48,574 nucleotides of DNA, taken from the sequence record SRR22947725_605. One strand, 5' to 3'. A model generated the notes under the pieces. It was not told the DNA's origin, ran no database searches, and was given only the letters and a program-made list of their open reading frames with translations. Positions 9,552 to 16,772 of this stretch are shown one piece after another (the first letter of the stretch is position 1; every line of letters begins with the position of its first letter). The position numbers and the translations under genes are program-made.

Positions 9552-9856
9552 TGGTAAAGTTAACAGAATCAGCTCGTGAATATATGGGCTCACTAACAAA
9601 AAAGAATAATAAAAAATATGCTTACCTAGGTGTACTAGGAGGCGGTTGCTCTGGCTTTCAATACGAATGGGACATGACTGATACTAATGAAAAGGGACAA
9701 GTAATAGAAGACATACTTGTTGTAGATAAAGTAGCAGAAATGTTCGTTATAGGATGCACAGTTGATTATGTACAAGAGTTTGGAGGTTCTTATCTTAAAG
9801 TTATTAATCCAAACGCTAAAGCGCAATGTGGATGCGGAGAAAGTTTTGCAGTATAG
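9551..9856 (+). CDS. iscA: HesB/IscA-family Fe-S cluster carrier protein
   Basis: GGGCSGFQY and C-terminal NPNAKAQCGCGESF; start at ATG 9551. Confidence 0.93.
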   Translation: MVKLTESAREYMGSLTKKNNKKYAYLGVLGGGCSGFQYEWDMTDTNEKGQVIEDILVVDKVAEMFVIGCTVDYVQEFGGSYLKVINPNAKAQCGCGESFAV

Positions 9857-9858
9857 AG

Positions 9859-10629
9859 ATGTCATTTGTTGTCACTAATGGATGGAAATTCGATTTACCT
9901 AGACTAAAGTCAGAGTTAAAACGAGTTCTACTAGAACATAATATTCATAAAAATAGAGAAGGTGGTTTGCATGGTGTATCAGTTACATCATCTGATGGTA
10001 CTTCTGTAAGCGGTTTTGGTTATCATATAGAAATACAATATGATAGAAAGAATCAAAATTATAGAGAGTGGAACTACAACGGAGAAAAATTAATGCTTCC
10101 GGATGTAGTATTTGATCTTAATTGGTGTAGAGAAAATAAAGTTTATCATATGTTAGACTTTGATAAACCTACCTCAGCATGTACAGGTTACTTTAAAGAA
10201 ATTGTCGACATGCTAATTAGTAAAAATATGAACCCTCGTAGATGTAGATTATCATATCTAGGTCCAGGAGAGATGATAAAAGAACATTCAGATGGAAGAG
10301 GCTTTAAGTTACATATACCTATTCATACAGATGGAACTGACTTTGTATACAATGATAAGTCATATAAGTTAGAAGAAGGAACAGCTTATATGTGTAATGT
10401 TCACCCTCGCCATTATGTAGCTAATAATAACAATACTGATAGATGGCACTTTGTATGTGATGTATGGGATACAGATGGTAACTTTTCTATTGGTAAAATA
10501 GAACAGTCTGAATTGTTTCAAGAGACAATTAATGCTATGTATTGGAAAGGATACGTTAATGGTTTAAGAGACTACCCTGATCGTATACTTATCGGTAGTG
10601 ACCCCTACCACGTGGTCGGCGGGGCTTAA
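9859..10629 (+). CDS. Asp/Asn beta-hydroxylase-like 2OG-Fe(II) dioxygenase
   Basis: RCRLSYLGPG..IKEHSD, KLHIPIHT, NVHPRHYVAN...DRWHFV. Confidence 0.78.
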   Translation: MSFVVTNGWKFDLPRLKSELKRVLLEHNIHKNREGGLHGVSVTSSDGTSVSGFGYHIEIQYDRKNQNYREWNYNGEKLMLPDVVFDLNWCRENKVYHMLDFDKPTSACTGYFKEIVDMLISKNMNPRRCRLSYLGPGEMIKEHSDGRGFKLHIPIHTDGTDFVYNDKSYKLEEGTAYMCNVHPRHYVANNNNTDRWHFVCDVWDTDGNFSIGKIEQSELFQETINAMYWKGYVNGLRDYPDRILIGSDPYHVVGGA

Positions 10630-10657
10630 GATTACTTAACAGTTACCTTTAAGTGAT

Positions 10658-10700
10658 AGTCGAAAGGAAGGAAAAGGTTCCCTCCTCTCAACTTTTTTTT
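10658..10700. terminator. 16-bp hairpin between the convergent hydroxylase and phoH genes
   Basis: Minus strand AGTTGAGAGGAGGGAA-CCTT-TTCCTTCCTTTCGACT pairs fully, with 3 G-U. The plus-strand version has 3 mismatches but is followed by a T-run. Confidence 0.65.
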
Positions 10701-11391
10701 ATAAATTTTCCTTATAAAACATTTTGACTAGTTGTGCTACAATATCTGATCTTACAATGTCTTTTAAACCAAATTTAATTATTGGAATATCGATATTATA
10801 TTTTTGACACATCTCAACAAAATCAACTAAACCGTCACCGTTAGCTACATCAGATTGAGCAGGGTCACCTAGTAAAATTAACTTACTTCCTTCTCCTAAT
10901 CTAGTTGTTACAGCTTTAATTTCTTCTATTGTTAAATTTTGAGCTTCATCTACTAACACTAAAGAGTTTTCAAATGATCTTCCTCTTATAGTCTCAATAG
11001 GTTGTACTTCTATTTCGTTTTTAGTTTCCATAAAGTCGTAACGACCGGAACCTAAACCTTGTCTAAGCACATTAGTTAGAGGTGCTAACCATGGCGCTAG
11101 TTTATCTTTAATTGACCCAGGAAAGAAACCTAGAGAGCGTCCCGTTGGTACGTTAGCTCGTGAGAGTACTATCTTATCATAACCTCCTTTTAAGAATAGT
11201 TGACTTACTTTCATACCCGAACAATATGTCTTTCCTGTACCTGCAGGTCCAATAACAGCTGTTATAGAACTTTGTTCGATACAATCTAATAAGTATTGTT
11301 GAGTAGGATTTTTTGGTTGAATATGGAAGGATGCCGCGCTTTTAATATCAATCATAAAGGAATCCTTTTTGCGTGTCTTGGCTCTGCCCAT
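10699..11391 (-). CDS. phoH: PhoH-family ATPase
   Basis: GPAGTGKT, LGFFPG, IRGRSF, LVDEAQN, LLGDPAQSD, DIVRS. Confidence 0.97.
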   Translation of the reverse strand: MGRAKTRKKDSFMIDIKSAASFHIQPKNPTQQYLLDCIEQSSITAVIGPAGTGKTYCSGMKVSQLFLKGGYDKIVLSRANVPTGRSLGFFPGSIKDKLAPWLAPLTNVLRQGLGSGRYDFMETKNEIEVQPIETIRGRSFENSLVLVDEAQNLTIEEIKAVTTRLGEGSKLILLGDPAQSDVANGDGLVDFVEMCQKYNIDIPIIKFGLKDIVRSDIVAQLVKMFYKENL

Positions 11392-11485
11392 TCGTACTTC
11401 TCCGTCTTATAAATGAAAAAAAGCTCAGACCTGATCCCAGGTTGAGCTTATTGTTGAAATGTATGATAACTTTTTTAATATTCAT
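11348..11485 (-). CDS. Putative leaderless 45-codon leader ORF of phoH (MNIKKVIIHFNNKLNLGSGLSFFSFIRRRSTNGQSQDTQKGFLYD)
   Basis: ATG lies 7 nt after a minus-strand TATAAATA. The ORF reads through the hairpin and overlaps the phoH start out of frame. Confidence 0.35.
   Translation of the reverse strand: MNIKKVIIHFNNKLNLGSGLSFFSFIRRRSTNGQSQDTQKGFLYD
11416..11449 (-). terminator. Terminator/attenuator-like hairpin in the phoH leader
   Basis: Minus strand AAGCTCA-ACCTG-GGAT-CAGGT-C-TGAGCTT followed by TTTTT, just upstream of the GGAG RBS of phoH. Confidence 0.7.
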
Positions 11486-11493
11486 ACTATAAT
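11468..11493 (+). promoter_or_regulatory. Putative middle-type promoter: AACTTTTT box plus TATAAT
   Basis: The box begins exactly 20 nt before TATAAT, as at 37070 and 40867. The uvsY ATG is 6 nt after TATAAT. Confidence 0.6.
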
Positions 11494-11500
11494 ATTTATA
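11493..11500 (-). promoter_or_regulatory. Late promoter TATAAATA directed at phoH
   Basis: The reverse complement of TATTTATA is an exact late consensus, upstream of the only minus-strand gene. Confidence 0.6.
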
Positions 11501-11934
11501 TGATAACGCATGAACAGTTACTAGATTTATGGGAAAAAGATGCTGAGATTGATAAAAATAATCTCGACACTACTGCTGCATCTGTGCCTAAATTACATCA
11601 TAAATATCTAAAAATATATCTTGACCTAAGAGCTAAAAAGATTGCATTCAATCATAAGCTAGAAGCAATAAGAAAAGATAAAGAATTATATTATACAGGT
11701 CAAGCAACTTCAGATACTTATAAAGAGAAGCCTTTCGATCTTAAACTTAAGACTAAGTCTGGTATTGAGAAGCATGTAAATACTGACCCTGAGGTAGTAG
11801 GATTGTTAAAGAAAATAGAATATATGGATGTACTTCTAGAAGGTGTACAGCATATCTTAGATCAGATAAAGTGGCGTAATCAGTCTATACGATCTGCGAT
11901 AGATTGGATTAAGTTTACATCTGGTGAGCTATGA
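11500..11934 (+). CDS. uvsY: Recombination mediator UvsY
   Basis: WEKDAEID, PKLHHKYL, YYTGQA..YKEKPF, IRSAIDWIKF.SG. Confidence 0.95.
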   Translation: MITHEQLLDLWEKDAEIDKNNLDTTAASVPKLHHKYLKIYLDLRAKKIAFNHKLEAIRKDKELYYTGQATSDTYKEKPFDLKLKTKSGIEKHVNTDPEVVGLLKKIEYMDVLLEGVQHILDQIKWRNQSIRSAIDWIKFTSGEL

Positions 11935-13391
11935 TAGTATTTAAAAAGAAAGATGACGTTCATCTTACTTTCGATGGCGACAGACATGAACTGCAACAGC
12001 TATCAGATTACTTTACATTCAAAGTTCCAGGTGCAGAGTTCTCACCACAATATAGAAATAAGTTCTGGGATGGTAAAATACGTTTAGTTAACTTACGTAA
12101 CTTTACTTTATATGGTGGACTATGGCAAGAGATAATTAAGTTTAGTAAAGACTTAGATGTTGAAGTTGAGTTTGAAGGTACTAAGTTTGACTTTCCAGGA
12201 AGAGAGCAGCCAGTATCAGATCAGATGTTAGATGGTTACTTAGACTTTCTTAAGCCATTAAGTAAAAAGAAACCTATAACAATAAGAGACTATCAAAGAG
12301 AAGCATTTAAGATAGCTATAAGGCAACAAAGAACTTTATTATTATCTCCTACTGCTTCTGGTAAAAGTTTAATTGCATATAGTTTATGTAGGTGGTGGGA
12401 ACAAGTACACGATAGAAAGATACTTATCATAGTACCTACTATATCTTTAGTAGCTCAAATGATAGGTGACTTTAAAGATTACTCGGGAGGTAGTTATGCA
12501 CCTCACGGTATAACGGGAGGTTTAGAAAAAGAGACAGATAAGAGATGTGTAGTATCTACTTGGCAATCAATTCATAAAATGTCAACTGGGTGGTTTGCAC
12601 AATTTGGTTCTGTAATAGTAGATGAAGTTCATCATGCTCAAGCTAAATCTATACAAAAGATCATGGGTAAATTATTGATCTGTCCAGATAGAATAGGTCT
12701 AACTGGCACACTGCAGGAAGCAAAGACTCATGAGTTAGTACTCAAAGGTTTATTTGGTCCTGTACATAAAGTAATAACTACAAAGGAGTTAATAGATAGA
12801 AATCAAATATCAGATTTATCAGTTCGTATTCTAACTTTACAATACGGCGCAGAAGATCGAAAGCTTTTAAGCAAATATAAATATCAAGAAGAGATAGATT
12901 ATCTTATTGGTCATGAGAGAAGAAATAAAATTATAGCTCGTATGGCAGGAGACTTACCTGGTAATACGTTAGTAGTTTTTAGTAGAATAGCTCATGGAAA
13001 AGCCATATATGATCTTATCGAAACTGAAAAGGACTTACATTATGTTGCTGGAGAGACAGATAAAGATTCGAGAGAAGCTGTTAGATACCTTGCTGAGAAC
13101 AACGATACTATCATCGTTGCATCACTTGGTGTATTTAGCACGGGGATTAATATTCGTAACCTCCACAACCTCGTATTTGCTCATCCAAGTAAATCCAAAA
13201 TTAAAGTCCTACAATCGATCGGTCGCGTTTTAAGAAAAGCTGATAATGGTGTAAAAGCTACAGTGTTTGATATTGTAGATGATCTTAAGCATGGATCAAG
13301 AGAAAACTTTGCTTTAAGACATGCAAGTGAGCGCTTTAAATTTTATGTGGACGAATCGTTTGATTTTAAAATATCTAAAATAGAATTATGA
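11931..13391 (+). CDS. uvsW: SF2 helicase UvsW
   Basis: WDGKIRL, IRDYQ, SPTASGKS, DEVH, GLTGT, LQSIGRVLR. Confidence 0.97.
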   Translation: MIVFKKKDDVHLTFDGDRHELQQLSDYFTFKVPGAEFSPQYRNKFWDGKIRLVNLRNFTLYGGLWQEIIKFSKDLDVEVEFEGTKFDFPGREQPVSDQMLDGYLDFLKPLSKKKPITIRDYQREAFKIAIRQQRTLLLSPTASGKSLIAYSLCRWWEQVHDRKILIIVPTISLVAQMIGDFKDYSGGSYAPHGITGGLEKETDKRCVVSTWQSIHKMSTGWFAQFGSVIVDEVHHAQAKSIQKIMGKLLICPDRIGLTGTLQEAKTHELVLKGLFGPVHKVITTKELIDRNQISDLSVRILTLQYGAEDRKLLSKYKYQEEIDYLIGHERRNKIIARMAGDLPGNTLVVFSRIAHGKAIYDLIETEKDLHYVAGETDKDSREAVRYLAENNDTIIVASLGVFSTGINIRNLHNLVFAHPSKSKIKVLQSIGRVLRKADNGVKATVFDIVDDLKHGSRENFALRHASERFKFYVDESFDFKISKIEL

Positions 13392-14014
13392 CAGCTATGG
13401 AAACACCAACACCACAAAGAAGAACAAGACTAAAACCTGGTAACGAACATTACGTAAACAATAAAGAGTTTACTAAAGCGTTAGATGAGTATGCAAGAGA
13501 CTGTAAAGAGAAACTTGCTTCTGGAAAAACTAGACCTATTATGAACAAATATTTAGGAGAATGCGTTATAAAAATGGCGTCAAGACTTTCTCTTTCACCT
13601 AACTTTAGAGGCTATGCTTATAGAGAAGAGATGGTACAAGATGCTATTTTAGGAGCAGTAAATTATATGCATTTGTTTGATGGTAGTAGATTTAATAATG
13701 GATTTGCATATGTGACTCAGATATTGTTCTCACATATGATACAAACTATTAAAAAAGAAAAAAAGAAATACGAATTAAATTTAAAACTAATTCAGAAAGC
13801 TGAACTACAGCATATGAATGACCCTGAGTTTCAGTCTGCAGCTATGGAAGGTGCTAGAGCTATAGCAGATCAAAAACTAGGTGAGATAGCAGACAGTAAG
13901 AAGCATGTATCTAAAAGAGCAACTGGCTTTAGATTAAGGTCAGGTTATACAAAAGCTGATAGAGAGGCTTACAAAGGAACACCATTATCAGAATCAGAAC
14001 CAAAGGATAATTAA
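13388..14014 (+). CDS. gp55: Late sigma factor gp55
   Basis: HYVNNKEF, YLGEC..KMASRLS..PNFRGY.YREEMVQDA, FAYVTQI, IKKEKK. Confidence 0.95.
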   Translation: MTAMETPTPQRRTRLKPGNEHYVNNKEFTKALDEYARDCKEKLASGKTRPIMNKYLGECVIKMASRLSLSPNFRGYAYREEMVQDAILGAVNYMHLFDGSRFNNGFAYVTQILFSHMIQTIKKEKKKYELNLKLIQKAELQHMNDPEFQSAAMEGARAIADQKLGEIADSKKHVSKRATGFRLRSGYTKADREAYKGTPLSESEPKDN

Positions 14015-15063
14015 TGAAGATAGCGATACTTGGTGATACACATTTCGGTTCTCGTAACTCGAATAGTATCATACAACTTTGGCAAGAAAAGTTTTTTAAA
14101 GATGTATTCTGGCCGTATATAGATGAACATAATATTAAAACTGTAATACAAACTGGCGACTATTTCGATAATCGTAAGTGGATTAATATACAGACTATGG
14201 CTTTCCAGAAAAAAATATTCGTAGATCATATCCAGAAAAGAGATATGACTTGTTATGGTATAATAGGTAACCATGATATACCTTTACGATATTCTTTAGA
14301 AAATAACTCACCTGGTCAATTACTTAACCATGAAAAAGGTATGGTCTATTATGATAAGACTACAAATCTTGAGCTAGATGGAGTAACATTTACTCTTATG
14401 CCTTGGCTATGCAAGGATAATCAAGAGGAATCAGTAGATATTATACGTAATGGTGGTGAAGTATTAGTAGGTCATTATGAAATAGATGGTATGGATATGC
14501 ATCCTGGTGCTAAAGCTAGAGCAGAACTTAAACCTGCTGACTTTAAAAATTGGAAGTATGTTATATCTGGACACTACCATACTCATTCAGAAAAGGCAAA
14601 TATTAATTACGTAGGTACTCCATATCAGATGACATGGAATGATGCTAAAGGTAAGAACGGTTTTTGGATTATGGATACTACAGATCTTAGTATGGAGTAT
14701 ATAGTTAACCCTTATACTTTCTTTCATAGAATCTATTGGGAAGACGGGACCGATTATGATATATCTACTATAACTAACTCGTACGTTAAATTAATAATAA
14801 AGAAGAAATCTGACTTTGAAATATTCGAAAAGTTTATCGATAAAGTAAATCATCATGATCCTTTCGACCTAAAAATTATAGAATCGTTTGAAGAGTATAA
14901 CGAAGATAATGTAGGTGATATGATTAAGATGGTTGCTACTACTGATCTTATAGGTCAGTATATAGATGACGTTGCTACTGATAATAATAAAGAAGCGATA
15001 AAGAAACTCATGTTAGAAATATATGAAGATGCGATGAGGACGGAAGAGTTTGATACAGTTTGA
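14014..15063 (+). CDS. gp47: Recombination endonuclease gp47 (Mre11/SbcD-like)
   Basis: GDTHFG, GDYFDNR, GNHD, SGHYH, YVGTPYQMTWND. Confidence 0.96.
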   Translation: MKIAILGDTHFGSRNSNSIIQLWQEKFFKDVFWPYIDEHNIKTVIQTGDYFDNRKWINIQTMAFQKKIFVDHIQKRDMTCYGIIGNHDIPLRYSLENNSPGQLLNHEKGMVYYDKTTNLELDGVTFTLMPWLCKDNQEESVDIIRNGGEVLVGHYEIDGMDMHPGAKARAELKPADFKNWKYVISGHYHTHSEKANINYVGTPYQMTWNDAKGKNGFWIMDTTDLSMEYIVNPYTFFHRIYWEDGTDYDISTITNSYVKLIIKKKSDFEIFEKFIDKVNHHDPFDLKIIESFEEYNEDNVGDMIKMVATTDLIGQYIDDVATDNNKEAIKKLMLEIYEDAMRTEEFDTV

Positions 15064-16762
15064 TGAGATTACATATAAAAATTTCCTATCTACAGGCAAT
15101 ACAGGCCAGACATTATTTCTAAGTAGAACTCCCTCAGCACTTATAACTGGACCTAATGGTTCAGGTAAGTCTACTATGTTAGATGCTTTATGTTTTGCTG
15201 TATTCAATAAACCTTATAGAGCTATATCTAAGACTCAGTTAGTAAACTCTGTTAACGAAAAAGGTTTAGAAGTAACTCTTAAGTTAAGAGTGAAAGGTAT
15301 ACCATATAAAATAATTAGAGGTGTTAAACCTAATATATTTGAAATCTATAAAGAGGATAATCTTTTAACTCAAGATGCTTCTTTAAGAGACTATCAGCAA
15401 AAGCTAGAAGATATTATAGGTTTAAATTACAAGTCATTTACTCAGATTGTTATTTTAGGTACAGCTAGATATCAATCGTTTATGGACTTAGCTAACTGGG
15501 AACGTAGAGGTATCATAGAAGAAATATTAGACATAACTGTTTTTTCTAGAATGAATGCTATACTTAAAACGAGAGATAATAATCTAGAATTAGATATAAA
15601 AGATACTGATTACAATAAAGACTTAAACAAGACTAAAATATCTGCTCAGAATGGTTTGATTGATAATATTACTGCTCGTTCTAGAGAGTCTGTAGATAAG
15701 ATTGAAGAAGAAGAGTTAAGAGTCAATGCCGAAATAAAGTTGTTGGAAGAACAGCTTATTAAGAAAGACTCTGATATAGAAAGTTTACTCTTAGAGATTA
15801 CAGAAGAAGATAAGTTAAAGAATAAACTAAAAGAAGGTGAGTACCAGTTATTCAAAGTTAAGACTGAACTAACTAGTCATGATAAAAAATTAAGCTTCTA
15901 TCAAAATAATTCTATATGTCCTGAATGTGATCAGCCTCTTACTGAAGAGCATAAGAATAATAAAATTAGTTTACATGCTGCTAAGAAGACAAAGTATAGT
16001 AGTATTATAGGTACTGCTGAAACTGCTATAAGTAATATACAAGATAATGTAAGAGCTATAAACGCAGTTAAAGAAAAAGTTACTGATATAAGATCAGATA
16101 AATCTAAACTAGCTGCTGATATAAACTCTAATAAAGCCTATCTTAATAACCTAAACAATAATAAGAACGTAAAAGCTGATGCTAAATCTCTTAATGATGC
16201 TAAAGCACAACTAGCTGCATTAAAAGAAGAGAAAAAAGAAATACAATCCAAGTCTCTACAACAATTAGAACTTAAGCATCATCTAGAAGTGTGTAAAGTA
16301 TTACTAAAAGATACTGGTATAAAAGCTAAAATCATAAAGCAATACTTACCTGTTATGAATAAACTTATCAATAAGTACTTAGATAGAATGGGTGCTAACT
16401 ATTCGTTTAACTTAGACGAAAACTTTAACGAAAGTATAAAGAGTAGATATAGAGATCATTTTAGTTATGCTTCTTTCTCAGAAGGAGAGAAGATGAGAAT
16501 AGATCTTGCGTTAATGTTTACTTGGAGAGAGATTGCTAAGTTAAAGAACTCTGTTAATACTAATCTACTTATTATGGATGAGGTAGGTGATAGTTCTTTA
16601 GATGCTGAAGCTACAGATATACTATGGGACATTATAGGTGATATGGAAGGTACAAACGTATGGGTTATATCTCATAAGTATCAAACTGGAGATAGATTTA
16701 AGTCTCTTATCGAGTTCTATAAGCAAGGCAACTTCTCATACATTAAAGACTCAATAGTTTAA
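15050..16762 (+). CDS. gp46: Recombination ATPase gp46 (Rad50/SbcC-like)
   Basis: KNFLSTGN, GPNGSGKST, CPEC zinc hook, FSEGEKMRIDLAL, LIMDE, VISH. Confidence 0.97.
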   Translation: MIQFDEITYKNFLSTGNTGQTLFLSRTPSALITGPNGSGKSTMLDALCFAVFNKPYRAISKTQLVNSVNEKGLEVTLKLRVKGIPYKIIRGVKPNIFEIYKEDNLLTQDASLRDYQQKLEDIIGLNYKSFTQIVILGTARYQSFMDLANWERRGIIEEILDITVFSRMNAILKTRDNNLELDIKDTDYNKDLNKTKISAQNGLIDNITARSRESVDKIEEEELRVNAEIKLLEEQLIKKDSDIESLLLEITEEDKLKNKLKEGEYQLFKVKTELTSHDKKLSFYQNNSICPECDQPLTEEHKNNKISLHAAKKTKYSSIIGTAETAISNIQDNVRAINAVKEKVTDIRSDKSKLAADINSNKAYLNNLNNNKNVKADAKSLNDAKAQLAALKEEKKEIQSKSLQQLELKHHLEVCKVLLKDTGIKAKIIKQYLPVMNKLINKYLDRMGANYSFNLDENFNESIKSRYRDHFSYASFSEGEKMRIDLALMFTWREIAKLKNSVNTNLLIMDEVGDSSLDAEATDILWDIIGDMEGTNVWVISHKYQTGDRFKSLIEFYKQGNFSYIKDSIV

Positions 16763-16768
16763 TAAATA
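16760..16768 (+). promoter_or_regulatory. Putative late promoter TAATAAATA
   Basis: Overlaps the gp46 stop, 4 nt before ATG 16773. Confidence 0.55.
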
Positions 16769-16772
16769 AAAC

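Noticed and set aside
11400-11425. Programmed +1 frameshift at the U7 run fusing the leader ORF to phoH
   Set aside because: The phoH frame has a TAA between the U-run and the phoH ATG.
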